This document shows, one piece after another, positions 19,803-29,749 of a stretch of DNA of 64,000 nt; position 1 is the stretch's first letter; every line of letters starts with the position of its first letter. Below the pieces are notes generated by a model that saw only the letters and a list, made by a program, of their open reading frames with translations, was not told the origin of the DNA and searched no databases. Position numbers and translations under genes: made by a program. The DNA comes from an uncultured delta proteobacterium (GTDB lineage: Bacteria > Desulfobacterota > Binatia > Binatales > Binataceae). The stretch is from NCBI GenBank assembly GCA_963711565.1, contig CAVQEQ010000001.1:608001-672000 (forward strand), in the 5' to 3' direction.

Positions 19803-19819
19803 ATCGTTTCCGTCTGACG

Positions 19820-20719
19820 TCAGACCGTAAAGTCCATGCCGTCTTCGGCGACTTCCCATCCCGCTTTCTCGACCGCGCGCCGCTCGGCCGAGTCTTCGTC
19901 GAGAATGGGATTGGTGTTGTTGATGTGAGTATAGACTTTTCTGATTTGAAGATCGCGGAGCCGCGCAAGACTGCCGCCGGCTCCCGAGATTGGTATGTGA
20001 CCCATCGCCGACGCGGTCCGCGTCCCTGCGCCGCGCAGCTCCATTTCATTCTCCGACCGGAAGCTGCCGTCGAACATAAGACAGTCGCATTCGGCGGCCG
20101 CCGCGATAAATCGTTCGTCGATTTCCCTGATCGCCGGAACATAAAGGAGTGACGAGCCGGTACTACTGTCGATGAGTTTGTAGGCGACCACAGCGCCATC
20201 GTAATTCGCAGGCGGAGTTTTCACATAAGTCGGAACCTTGCCGCTGACGAAGATCGCCTCGAAGCCCAGACCGCTCCCGATAGTCTCGGCCTTGCGATCT
20301 TCGGTCGTCGTCACGCGAAATCTGTCCGGCGAATTCAACGCGCTGAAAACTGGATTCGACGCGAAGACCCAATCGAAAACCAGTGAGGTGCAATAGAGGC
20401 GCACCGGTTGCGACTCTCTAAGCGACAGCAGGCCGGTGATGTGATCGAGCTCCGCGTCGGAAAGCAGGACCGCGTCGATCGCCGATCCTCTAACGAGGCT
20501 GGTGGGCAGCAATTCGGGAAATGAAAATACTTGTGCGCGAAGGTCGGGGCTCGCGTTCAGCAGGGACCAGTGCGAGCCGTCCGCGCTGACAGCCACTGAG
20601 CATTGCGTCCGCGCCTTCGCGCGAAGTGACCCGGTGCGCAACCCTGCGCAATTTACACAGTTGCAGTTCCACTGCGGGAAGCCGCCGCCGGCAGCGGAAC
20701 CAAGGATATGGACCCGCAC
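19820..20719 (-). CDS. pqqB: PQQ biosynthesis protein B (metallo-beta-lactamase fold)
   Basis: LGSAAGGGFPQWNCNC, NASPDLR, DHITGLL, MGH, HINNTNPIL. Confidence 0.97.
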   Translation of the reverse strand: MRVHILGSAAGGGFPQWNCNCVNCAGLRTGSLRAKARTQCSVAVSADGSHWSLLNASPDLRAQVFSFPELLPTSLVRGSAIDAVLLSDAELDHITGLLSLRESQPVRLYCTSLVFDWVFASNPVFSALNSPDRFRVTTTEDRKAETIGSGLGFEAIFVSGKVPTYVKTPPANYDGAVVAYKLIDSSTGSSLLYVPAIREIDERFIAAAAECDCLMFDGSFRSENEMELRGAGTRTASAMGHIPISGAGGSLARLRDLQIRKVYTHINNTNPILDEDSAERRAVEKAGWEVAEDGMDFTV

Positions 20720-20731
20720 GACGGCCGGGTC

Positions 20732-20881
20732 TTAGGATTCCCGATCGGCTTCCGAGTTGTCGCGAATCAGAGGCTGCTTGAGGACTCGCACCCTCGGATC
20801 GTCCGCCAGCGCGGAACTGTAGCAGTTGATTTCCGCGTCCATCCGGATCTCGACGAACTCTGGCTTCTTCCACTCACTCAT
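20732..20881 (-). CDS. pqqA: PQQ precursor peptide, 49 aa (absent from the ORF track)
   Basis: Manual translation MSEWKKPEFVEIRMDAEINCYSSALADDPRVRVLKQPLIRDNSEADRES; W-x-K-P and E-x-x-x-Y motifs; GGAG RBS; ends 12 nt before pqqB. Confidence 0.92.
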   Translation of the reverse strand: MSEWKKPEFVEIRMDAEINCYSSALADDPRVRVLKQPLIRDNSEADRES

Positions 20882-20973
20882 ATTTGAACTCCTGCGAACG
20901 CCCCAAAGAGTTTTTACACCATGAGGTTAACTGAAGGCAACGCGTGTCCACATTATGGCGACGCTTTGAGCAG

Positions 20974-22932
20974 CTAATTTACCGATTCCTGAAATACCTG
21001 CTGCCCGGCGATGACACGGTTATCGATTCGACTGCGTCCGGCAGTGCGCCTCAATACAAGCCGTCTCCTGACGCACCAGGCCTGGACTCTTTGGATTTCC
21101 TCGACGTTCGGGCCGGCAAGCAATCCAAGCGACTCGCCCAACGACACCAGATAGAGGCGAGTTCTTTCAATGGCGGCGGCCGTGCGCGAGCGCTCGACCC
21201 GGATGATCGCCATCATGCCGCCGTCTTCGTGTCCGGCGATGTGGCAGTGATACACGAAGTCGCCAATATCGGCTCCGCGAAAGTCCATTCGAACCGTCAC
21301 GGATGGATAAGGATGGCTCGGGTTTCCGTCCCAGAAAGGAACCTGAATCATGTCGAGCATCTGTCCTTGAATGCTTGGATTCGGCTGGGTTCCATTGATT
21401 GCGAAATTGTTCTGCGAAAGCACCAGGAAATGAATCTGGTGGATGTGGAATTCATGATTTTCCATCGCTTGATTTTCGATCGTCCAGTCTTCCACCGCGC
21501 CCTGGGTCGTGACGATAGCCGGTGGATTGTTGGGATCGAACAATTCCGGAGTGGCGCCCGCGACGGTGATGTAGAAGTTAGTGGGACTTGAAGGGTTGCT
21601 GGGGTCGCTCAGCACTTCGGAGAAATAAAGCGAACGCTGCGCGGTCACGCGCGCGGTCTTGAGGTTCTCAAATCGCTGTGGCGATGCCGGCGCGGTGACG
21701 TCCGGCAGTACGCTGTCTTCGGCGCTCACTGATGTGCTCTTGGTGACTGTCTGAATCGTCGCCAGCGTCCGCTGAGTGTCGTTGTCACCGTCGGGGCCGG
21801 TATTGATGGCCAGGGTAACCAGACCTGCGTTCGTTACAGTTGACGGCGGGGCGTTCACGATCAATTCCGCGCGGCCGGCAGTGGGAAGCAGAATGTCCGT
21901 AGCGTTAACGATTTTGCCGTGCCGGTCGCCGTCCTGAGAGCCCGTGGGAACTCCGTCCAGCCCGACTATCTGTAGATTTTGCGGCTCGCCGTCGTATTGT
22001 ACCTGCAGATCGATAATAGTGTCGGCTGACGCGTTCACAACGCGCCAGAGTTGCTTCTCTCCGGCTTGCATTTGTATGACGGCCGGAACTTCATCCGGAT
22101 AAGCGATCGGAACATTGTTCAAAGTAAGATCCCACGAGGGAATGTCACCTACAGGGTTGGGATTGCCCGCGACATTCTGGTCGCGAATCACCAGCACGCG
22201 CTGAGCGAGGTGCCTTACGGCGGGCTGCAGGTTCTGGATTCCATCCACCACGATCGCCCCTGAGGCTCCCCCCTGCAGGGCCGCCTCCACCAGCATGTGC
22301 GCATGCGGATGGTACCAATAAAGTCCGGGCGGCTCGTCTGCCGGAAAGTGGACGTCATAGCGGAATGACTGGCCGGAATTTATCAGTGTATGAACCACCT
22401 CATCCTTGTGGCAGGTCGGAGATATGTTAGTGCCGTGGAAGTGGATATTAACTGACGACCCGGTTAGGTCGCTCGCTCCGCAGTTGGGCGGATTGATCGC
22501 CTCAACCAGCGGCGTCGCGGGAGTGTTATTCGTCATGTTGATCACAAGATGATCACCAGGATGGACATGAAGCGTGGGATTCTCGAGGCCCTCGGGGGTC
22601 ATGAAACAAAACAGCGTCCGGCCATCCGTGTCGGTGGTGGTCTGGTAGGAAAGATTGACCTTGAGCTTGCCGTTGTGACTGAAGAGCGCAGGCGGGTCCT
22701 GGACGATGCTTCCCGCCGTAAACCGAGCGCACGCGTTGGCGACGGGCGCTACGGGATGCGAAGCGAGGGTCGCATGTCCAGGGGGCGCGCCGATATTTGC
22801 TGATGCATGAGCCGGCGCGACGGCTGCTAAAACAATCAGCGTTGCGAGCAGCGGGAGCCCTGTTACGAGAAGCTGTGTGAGGCGCTTCGGCAGTCTTGGA
22901 GTCATGACGCTCAACCGTTGGGGGAATGACAT
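20974..22932 (-). CDS. Secreted multicopper oxidase (alternative start 22905)
   Basis: All four Cu motifs present: HFHG, WYHPHAH, HEFHIHQ, HCHIAGHEDGGMM; signal peptide ending AHA. Confidence 0.92.
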   Translation of the reverse strand: MSFPQRLSVMTPRLPKRLTQLLVTGLPLLATLIVLAAVAPAHASANIGAPPGHATLASHPVAPVANACARFTAGSIVQDPPALFSHNGKLKVNLSYQTTTDTDGRTLFCFMTPEGLENPTLHVHPGDHLVINMTNNTPATPLVEAINPPNCGASDLTGSSVNIHFHGTNISPTCHKDEVVHTLINSGQSFRYDVHFPADEPPGLYWYHPHAHMLVEAALQGGASGAIVVDGIQNLQPAVRHLAQRVLVIRDQNVAGNPNPVGDIPSWDLTLNNVPIAYPDEVPAVIQMQAGEKQLWRVVNASADTIIDLQVQYDGEPQNLQIVGLDGVPTGSQDGDRHGKIVNATDILLPTAGRAELIVNAPPSTVTNAGLVTLAINTGPDGDNDTQRTLATIQTVTKSTSVSAEDSVLPDVTAPASPQRFENLKTARVTAQRSLYFSEVLSDPSNPSSPTNFYITVAGATPELFDPNNPPAIVTTQGAVEDWTIENQAMENHEFHIHQIHFLVLSQNNFAINGTQPNPSIQGQMLDMIQVPFWDGNPSHPYPSVTVRMDFRGADIGDFVYHCHIAGHEDGGMMAIIRVERSRTAAAIERTRLYLVSLGESLGLLAGPNVEEIQRVQAWCVRRRLVLRRTAGRSRIDNRVIAGQQVFQESVN

Positions 22933-23033
22933 GGAGATTTCTCGGCATTCTGAAACTGAGATTCATTCTCAATATCAATACGAGGCTCAGCCTGTCAAGA
23001 AGAAGCAACTGCGCTGGCAGCCGAGACAGTATT

Positions 23034-23480
23034 TCAAGCGCGCCAGGCGAGAAGATCGTCCGCAAATCTGCGCAGCAGGCGCGCAAGATCCTGAAGGTCC
23101 GTCTGGCTCCAGTCAGCCAGCAGGATCGATGCGATCCGTTCACGCGCTGCGTCCAGCGCGTTCGTCATCGCGCGCCCTTTCGCCGTGATCGTCGCTTCGC
23201 GCACCCGCTTGTCGCCCTTGGATGCGCGCCGTGTGACGAGCTTCAAGCTTTCGAGCTTTGCCACCTGCCGGCTGACGGTCGTGTAATCTCGCGCGACGCC
23301 GTCGGCCAGTTCGCCCACTCCGATCGGTCCCTTGCGCTCGATGCCGACCAGCAGGGGAAACAGCGCCCGGTCCAGAGAGATACCGGCTTCCCGGATAAGC
23401 GCCGTGTCGCGCTGTGGCCGGTTCATCATCCCGATCAAGTCGATGAGGGCATGGTGCAGCTGGCGAATCTCTTTGTTCAC
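23034..23480 (-). CDS. MarR-family transcriptional regulator
   Basis: GELAD..RDYTTVSRQVAKLE, DKRVR, TAKG; divergent from the FAD monooxygenase. Confidence 0.92.
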   Translation of the reverse strand: MNKEIRQLHHALIDLIGMMNRPQRDTALIREAGISLDRALFPLLVGIERKGPIGVGELADGVARDYTTVSRQVAKLESLKLVTRRASKGDKRVREATITAKGRAMTNALDAARERIASILLADWSQTDLQDLARLLRRFADDLLAWRA

Positions 23481-23502
23481 GATTTTGGCGGCCCGTTTGC
23501 GA

Positions 23503-23542
23503 TTGACAGTTTACGCGAGATTATGTGTATAATACACATAAT
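23503..23542 (+). promoter_or_regulatory. Sigma70-type promoter overlapped by a perfect palindromic MarR operator
   Basis: TTGACA 23503-23508, TATAAT 23528-23533; inverted repeat ATTATGTGTAT-A-ATACACATAAT at 23520-23542. Confidence 0.8.
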
Positions 23543-23567
23543 TGAACTGCAATGCAGGAGTGCCTGG

Positions 23568-25070
23568 ATGAACCATGAGTTGACGGCCGAAGTTCTCATC
23601 GCTGGCGCCGGGGCCGCAGGATTGACACTAGCCATCGATTTGGCCCGCCGCAACGTCGCCTTTCGCTTGATCGACAAACTGCCCAGCCCGTTCGCCGGCT
23701 CGCGCGGCAAGGGAATACAACCGCGCAGTCAGGAAGTGTTCGAGGATCTCGGCGTCATCGACCGGCTCGTGGCCGTCGGCGGAACCTATCCGCCGCAGCG
23801 CGAATATCGCGAGAACGGTAGTTATCAAGACTCGCCGCTGATGGAACAACATGAAGCCAGGCCGGACGAGCCTTATCTAATCCAGCTGATGGTGCCGCAA
23901 TTCCTGACCGAGGCGGTGTTGCGCGAACGTCTGGCGGAACTCGGGCATCGTCCACATTTCGGCTGCGAGCTGACGGCTTTCGAGCAGGACGCTGACGGCG
24001 TAACGGCTCATGTCATGAGCACTGATGGAGAGGAAGCCGTGCGGGTCGGCTATCTGGTCGGCATGGATGGCGGCAGGAGCTACGTGCGGCACGCGCTGGA
24101 CATCGAATTCCCCGGCCAGACCCTGGGCGTCCGGGCGGTGGTCGCGGACGTTCGGCTGGAAGGGCTCGGCACCGACGCGTGGCATCGGTTCAACGGAGGC
24201 TCGATGGAACGGCTGACTTCATTCTGTCCGCTGCGCGGAACCGATATGTTCCAGCTGCAAGCACCGATCCCGATGGAGGGCGATATCGATCTCTCGCCCG
24301 ACGGGCTGACGGCATGGGCGGCCGCGCGCACCGGCCGAAAGGACATTGTGATTCGCGAGGTCCTATGGGCTTCCGCCTATGACATGAACGCGCGCATGGC
24401 CGACAAATACCAGGTCGGCCGCGTCTTCATCGGCGGCGACGCTGCTCACATCCATCCGCCGACGGGAGGCCAGGGTCTCAATACCAGCGTGCAGGACTCC
24501 TATAATCTTGGATGGAAGCTCGCGGCCGTCATCAACGGCGCGCCGGAGAAAATCCTCGCGACATACGAGGAGGAACGCCGCCCGATCGCGGCGGAGATGC
24601 TCGGCCTCTCGACCAAACTGCTCCAGGCCGCCAAACAGCGCGGTGATATGCGACGCGGCCGCGAGACGCACCAGCTCGATCTGGGTTATCCCGATTCGAG
24701 CCTGTCTCTCAACCAACCGGCGCGATCGCCAGAACTCGTGATGGCGGGGGACCGCGCCCCGGATGCTCCCGTCAGAGGCGCTGCGGGCCAGCCCACCCGG
24801 CTCTTCAAACTCTTCCAGGGTCCGCACTGGACTTTGATCGGCTACCAAGTCGAGCGCGAGGCGATCGCGCCGCGCCGCGACTTGCACATCCACACGATTG
24901 GCGTGCGCGGAGACATCATTGACGAGGGCGGCTACGTTCGCGATGCCTATGGCGTCTCGGCCGGCGACTGGGTGTTGGTCCGGCCGGACGGCTATGTTGG
25001 AGCGATCGTATCGTCCAGCGAGTTAGCGACCTTGAGCCAATATCTGGACGGTGTCGGCATCGCCGCATAG
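23568..25070 (+). CDS. FAD-dependent monooxygenase (PheA/TfdB/rifampin-monooxygenase-like)
   Basis: AGGAG then ATG 23568; GAGAAG, DGGRS, GDAAH.HPP.GGQGLN, C-terminal LVRPDGY thioredoxin-like domain. Confidence 0.92.
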   Translation: MNHELTAEVLIAGAGAAGLTLAIDLARRNVAFRLIDKLPSPFAGSRGKGIQPRSQEVFEDLGVIDRLVAVGGTYPPQREYRENGSYQDSPLMEQHEARPDEPYLIQLMVPQFLTEAVLRERLAELGHRPHFGCELTAFEQDADGVTAHVMSTDGEEAVRVGYLVGMDGGRSYVRHALDIEFPGQTLGVRAVVADVRLEGLGTDAWHRFNGGSMERLTSFCPLRGTDMFQLQAPIPMEGDIDLSPDGLTAWAAARTGRKDIVIREVLWASAYDMNARMADKYQVGRVFIGGDAAHIHPPTGGQGLNTSVQDSYNLGWKLAAVINGAPEKILATYEEERRPIAAEMLGLSTKLLQAAKQRGDMRRGRETHQLDLGYPDSSLSLNQPARSPELVMAGDRAPDAPVRGAAGQPTRLFKLFQGPHWTLIGYQVEREAIAPRRDLHIHTIGVRGDIIDEGGYVRDAYGVSAGDWVLVRPDGYVGAIVSSSELATLSQYLDGVGIAA

Positions 25071-25075
25071 TCGGG

Positions 25076-27541
25076 TTATGGCGATCCCTTGAAGAGCTGC
25101 GTGAGCGGGATTTTTATCCCGGCGTACAAAGTGCGGCGGGGGCCGTACGTCGGCGAAAAAACCCCGATCCCGCTGCCATTGCGAATCTGATAAGTGTGGT
25201 CGAACACATTGATCAGGCTGATCCGCCCCTCGACGTTGCCGATCCCCGGCATCCTGAAGTTGCGGATTACCGCCGCGTTGAATTGCAGTATCGGCGGCAA
25301 CTCGCCACTGTTCGCGAAACCGCGGCGATAGCCGCTAGCCCAGATGCCGTCGGCTGTGAGCAGATTTCCCCAGAGTTTGTACGAGGCGCCGCCCGACCCG
25401 ACGAACATCTGATCGTCATCGAGCGTGACCCAGTGATTCGCGATGTAACCGATCTCGGACGCGTCGTCGGCGAGGAACGCACCGGCGCTGATCTTCTGCG
25501 CTTGCAGCACCGCGTAGGAAAAATTGAAATACCCCGACAGCCCATTGCGCTCCAGGGTCAGGCTGAAGTCGGAGCCCCACGCCCGGCTCGTGCGATAATT
25601 CAGCGGCGCGGTCACGACGCTGCCCGCAAGTTGCGCCAAGTCGAGCTGGTCGTGCCCAAATTTGTAAAAGCCATCGACCCCGGCGTTGAGGCCCTCGATG
25701 ATGCGCTGCCGAATCCCGGCGTCGAAGTAGTCGTCAGTCTCCGCCTCGATCTTGTCGTTGCCGCTGTTGACCGGCGCAGCATTGGTCGTGTCCTTAAACT
25801 TCTGCACGGTCTCGAGTGCGACCTGATCGAACGGCGGCACCTTGAAGTAGCGCGCGTAACCCGCATGCAGCGTCGTGCTGTGCGTCAGCGCGTATTCCAC
25901 CGCGAATCGCGGGCTCCATTGATTCTGAGTGACGAACGCGCTCATCCAGTCCCATCGCAAACCCGCATTTATCGTCAGCTTCTCAGTCGGATGCCATTCG
26001 TCCTGCGCGTAAAATCCGAGCAGCCACGCGATCTGATTGTTGTCATCGACGATCGAAAACGGATGGTCGCTGGTCGGCACGCCGTCCACCGCGTGAAACG
26101 TCTGCGCGTGATCGTCCAGCTCGATTGCCTCGCCGCTCATGTAAAATCCGGCGCGCAGCGTGTGCTGCGAACCCAGCTTGTAGCTGGTGTCTTCCTGCAG
26201 GCCGTTGATGAAGCCGGTGTGCAGGATCTCCGCCGCAACGCCGTTGTATATCAGGTCGCCGATCGGATCGGGGCTGTACTTCAGCTCGTAGTACCTGCTG
26301 AATGCCGCCAGCTGGTAGTTGAGGTTCTCGCCGACCGCCCCCTGCAAAGACAGGATGCCGTAATAATTTTGTTCGAGCTCGTTTTCCTTGACCTCCGACG
26401 ACGGATAAGTCGGCACGCCCGCGAGCGCGAACTGCTGTGGCAGGCCCGGCTCCGGCGGAATCTCGAATGAATTCACCGCCACGCCCGTCACCAGTGAGAG
26501 CCGCGTATCGGAATTTATTAGATACGACAAGTAGCCGAATCCCTGGCCCTGATCCGAGTAGTCGTGATTTGGATCGGGGCTGTCGGACGGCGCCTGAAGC
26601 CCGAGACTGTTGTGCTCGTAGAAACCGCTCAAGTAGTAGCTGAAGCGCCCCTTGCATCCGCCGATTTCGAAACTCGGCTGGACGGTCTCGCGCTGCCCGC
26701 CATACATTTCGATGTTGTCGTTGTCGGGTCCGCCGTCGGTGCATCCGTCCTTGGTCCGGATATCGATGATGCCTTCGGGGCGATAGCCGATCTCCGCGGG
26801 CAGCACGCCAGTCAGCAGTGTGATGCTATGCACGAAGCGGGGGCTGAAGATCTCGCCGAAGCTGGTCACCGCCTCCGGCATGAAAATGTCGTTGATGCGG
26901 TACTGGATACCGCCGCCGTTCTCGCCGTGGATATGAATCTGCTCCTGCCCCTGCGCGTATGCGTCCTGGCTCACTCCCGGCGCCTGCTGCAGCACCTGCG
27001 CGAGGTTGGTGTTCTGCCCTTCCGGCAGCTTCTGAATCGCCTGCTGATCGAAACGATAGGCGGTCGCGCCTATCTCCGGCGCCAGATCGTTACGCGCCTT
27101 GTTCAGCCGCTCGGTGATCACCTTGAGCGTCAGCGGCGCCGTTGCCTCCATCGCGAGGACCATCGGCTCGTGGCGTTTTCCGGGACTCATGACGATGGTC
27201 TCAAGCGTCGGCTTGAACCCCTGCTTGTTCACGCTGATGGTGTAGGTTCCGGGCGCGATCGTCCTGAATTGAAATGCCCCGGCCGGGTCGGTATGCGTGC
27301 GCGCAACCACGCGGCTACCCGCCTGCACGCGCACCTCGACGCCGGCGATTGGTCTTCCCAGAGCGTCCTTGATCGAGCCACTTAATTCGGGTCCACGCGC
27401 CGCATTGCTATTGGCGGCGCCGGCAATGCAGATGCTGACGGAGAACAAAATCGCGAGCGCAATAAAGATCAGGACGACGCAGACGTCACCAATTCGGTCG
27501 TCAATCGACTCACGAAACATCGCACGATTCCTGGTGGGCAT
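25076..27541 (-). CDS. TonB-dependent receptor with N-terminal carboxypeptidase-regulatory-like domain
   Basis: Signal-like N-terminus; GSIKDALGRPIAGV..PGTYTISV; plug motifs QAPGV and LLTGVLPAEIG; beta-barrel motifs NAGLRWD, NVFD, GPRRT. Confidence 0.88.
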   Translation of the reverse strand: MPTRNRAMFRESIDDRIGDVCVVLIFIALAILFSVSICIAGAANSNAARGPELSGSIKDALGRPIAGVEVRVQAGSRVVARTHTDPAGAFQFRTIAPGTYTISVNKQGFKPTLETIVMSPGKRHEPMVLAMEATAPLTLKVITERLNKARNDLAPEIGATAYRFDQQAIQKLPEGQNTNLAQVLQQAPGVSQDAYAQGQEQIHIHGENGGGIQYRINDIFMPEAVTSFGEIFSPRFVHSITLLTGVLPAEIGYRPEGIIDIRTKDGCTDGGPDNDNIEMYGGQRETVQPSFEIGGCKGRFSYYLSGFYEHNSLGLQAPSDSPDPNHDYSDQGQGFGYLSYLINSDTRLSLVTGVAVNSFEIPPEPGLPQQFALAGVPTYPSSEVKENELEQNYYGILSLQGAVGENLNYQLAAFSRYYELKYSPDPIGDLIYNGVAAEILHTGFINGLQEDTSYKLGSQHTLRAGFYMSGEAIELDDHAQTFHAVDGVPTSDHPFSIVDDNNQIAWLLGFYAQDEWHPTEKLTINAGLRWDWMSAFVTQNQWSPRFAVEYALTHSTTLHAGYARYFKVPPFDQVALETVQKFKDTTNAAPVNSGNDKIEAETDDYFDAGIRQRIIEGLNAGVDGFYKFGHDQLDLAQLAGSVVTAPLNYRTSRAWGSDFSLTLERNGLSGYFNFSYAVLQAQKISAGAFLADDASEIGYIANHWVTLDDDQMFVGSGGASYKLWGNLLTADGIWASGYRRGFANSGELPPILQFNAAVIRNFRMPGIGNVEGRISLINVFDHTYQIRNGSGIGVFSPTYGPRRTLYAGIKIPLTQLFKGSP

Positions 27542-27644
27542 CTGTCTAGCGAATTAACACCAACATAGTTGAATATCGCAAGCGATTTGGCGAAACTCCA
27601 AGGATACCGTCGCAGTTGAGTCATCTGGTGTCGAGGAAGCTTTG

Positions 27645-28280
27645 ATGTCGAGCCTGTTTGAAGAAACAGATCGGCTCGTGAGAATTCCGATTGCGGACGG
27701 CGAGGTGTATTACCTAAGTGAGCTCAGGCTGGGACGCAACGCCGTTTCAATTTTGCGTCAGCTAATCGCGGACGTGGTATGGCGACAGGACAAAATCGTA
27801 GTGTGGGGCAAAATGTATTCGCAGCCGCGCTTGGTCGCGTGGTACGGAGATCGAGGCAGCGACTACACTTATTCCGGCATCAGACTTACGCCACTGCCAT
27901 GGACCGATCTGTTGCTTGAGGTCAGGAGACGCGTCGAGACAGTGACGGCGTCATCTTTCAACAGCGTGCTGCTGAACTACTACCGTGACAATCGAGATAG
28001 CATGGGATCCCATAGCGATGATGAACCGGAGCTTGGCGAAAGGCCTGTTATCGCATCGGTGAGTCTGGGTGAGGAACGGACGTTCGTCCTGAAGCACAAG
28101 GCAAACAAGCTTGCGAAGCCTGTCCGGCTAAGGCTTGCATCGGGGAGCCTGTTGTTGATGAAAGGTGAGACGCAGCGATATTGGAAGCACGGAATCGCGA
28201 AGGAAACCCGTCCACGCGGGCCGCGGATTAACCTGACTTTCCGCCGCATTGTCTCGCAAGCGAATGTGTTAGATAGATAA
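27645..28280 (+). CDS. AlkB-family 2OG-Fe(II) dioxygenase (ALKBH2/3-like DNA repair)
   Basis: QPRLVAWYG, NSVLLNYYR, HSDDE (HxD), WKH, RINLTFR. Confidence 0.93.
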   Translation: MSSLFEETDRLVRIPIADGEVYYLSELRLGRNAVSILRQLIADVVWRQDKIVVWGKMYSQPRLVAWYGDRGSDYTYSGIRLTPLPWTDLLLEVRRRVETVTASSFNSVLLNYYRDNRDSMGSHSDDEPELGERPVIASVSLGEERTFVLKHKANKLAKPVRLRLASGSLLLMKGETQRYWKHGIAKETRPRGPRINLTFRRIVSQANVLDR

Positions 28281-28304
28281 TTACCCGCGTAAAGGAGTCG
28301 CACC

Positions 28305-28931
28305 ATGATTGTTGTTCATCACCTTAACGATTCGCGTTCGCAACGAATCCTTTGGCTACTGGAAGAGCTGGGGCTGCCTTACGAGATCAAGCCTTATCAG
28401 CGCGATGCGCAAACCCGGCTGGCACCGCCGGAGTTGAAGAAGGTTCATGCGTTGGGCAAATCGCCGGTCATCACCGACGGGAATAAGACCATCATCGAAT
28501 CCGGCGCGATCATCGACTACATAATTCGACGCCACGGCGGAGGGCGTTTGCAGCCCGCGCCCGAGACGCCGGCGTACGACGAATACCAACAATGGATGCA
28601 CTATGCGGAAGGATCCGCGATGCTCCCGTTGATGCTCAACCTTTATGCCTTGCGGCTGGGTGATGCGGCGGCGGCACTGATGCCGCGAATCGAGAGCGAG
28701 ATCGCGAATCATCTGAGTTATATCGATGGCGCTTTGAAGGGCCGGCAGTTCCTGTTGGGCGACAAACTGACGGGCGCCGACATCCAGATGAGCTTCGTCG
28801 GCGAGGTGGCGGGAGCGTTCGGCAAGCGCGCTCAGTATCCAAATCTCGATGCGTGGACGAAGCGCATGCACGAGCAGCAGGCATACAAAAAGGCACTCGA
28901 GAAAGGCGGCGCGTATAACCTCGCGAACTAG
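28305..28931 (+). CDS. Glutathione S-transferase (GTT1-like)
   Basis: HHLNDSRSQRILWLLEEL, LGKSPVI, ESGAI, AEGS, GADI; AAGGAG RBS. Confidence 0.93.
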   Translation: MIVVHHLNDSRSQRILWLLEELGLPYEIKPYQRDAQTRLAPPELKKVHALGKSPVITDGNKTIIESGAIIDYIIRRHGGGRLQPAPETPAYDEYQQWMHYAEGSAMLPLMLNLYALRLGDAAAALMPRIESEIANHLSYIDGALKGRQFLLGDKLTGADIQMSFVGEVAGAFGKRAQYPNLDAWTKRMHEQQAYKKALEKGGAYNLAN

Positions 28932-28932
28932 T

Positions 28933-29739
28933 CTAATCGCGCGGCGCGATCCGTACGGTGCAGAAGAGACCGCTGTGGTCGGAATAGGGAACGTCGGCGC
29001 TCTGATTTGCGATTAGCGCGAGGTGTGCCGAGACATCCCACGTGAGCGAGTTGGCTGCGACGATGTAGTCGATCCATTCGGGACGCCCGCCACGCGGGTT
29101 AACAGTCGTTCCGGGATTCCCCGGCGCGCGCGCCTCGGCAGTCAGGTCCGTGCCGAGGGCCTTGACGTGGGCATAGAGTGATTCGCGGAAGTCGGTATTG
29201 AAATCTCCCGCAACCAACGCGGGTAGTGAAGGATGGAATTGCGAGACGACCTTGCCTAGCTCGATGAGTTGAGCTTCGCGAACTTTGGCATAGTTACTGC
29301 CCGAATATTGTGACTGAAGATGAGTATTGATCGCGCAGATGCGCTGCTCGCCGTTTTCTAGCTCGACACTCAGAACACCCTTCCGGCCAAGTCCATCGCC
29401 CTCCCAGATTTTCCATACTGGCGCGCTAACCGTGAAGGCATCAAAGTCCGGCGAAGATACCGCGCGCCATCCCGCGGAAGCGCGGAGGAACGTCAGCAGT
29501 CCGCCGCGAGGACCACCGCCACGGCGCTTGCTATATGTAGGCATCCAATCTTGTTGCAGCGCCGTCGCGAGACGATCGACAAGCGAGCCGAGCCAGACTT
29601 CCTGCAACAGCAGAATGTCGGGCGACAGCTCGCGCACTTTCGCGCTCACGCGATCCATCCGAACGCCGGGATCCTTTGATAAGGGCCATGCCAGTCCGTG
29701 AAGGTTCCATGATAGGATCTTAAGGCAGATTTCGCGCAT
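28933..29739 (-). CDS. Endonuclease/exonuclease/phosphatase (EEP) family protein, sphingomyelinase-like
   Basis: SWN, LQEV, NTHL, AGDFN, IDYI, SDH. Confidence 0.9.
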   Translation of the reverse strand: MREICLKILSWNLHGLAWPLSKDPGVRMDRVSAKVRELSPDILLLQEVWLGSLVDRLATALQQDWMPTYSKRRGGGPRGGLLTFLRASAGWRAVSSPDFDAFTVSAPVWKIWEGDGLGRKGVLSVELENGEQRICAINTHLQSQYSGSNYAKVREAQLIELGKVVSQFHPSLPALVAGDFNTDFRESLYAHVKALGTDLTAEARAPGNPGTTVNPRGGRPEWIDYIVAANSLTWDVSAHLALIANQSADVPYSDHSGLFCTVRIAPRD

Positions 29740-29749
29740 CCGGGGCTAT

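Noticed and set aside
22926-23567. N-terminal extension making the FAD monooxygenase 714 aa
   Set aside because: It lies antisense to MarR and across the promoter; the RBS-supported start is 23568.
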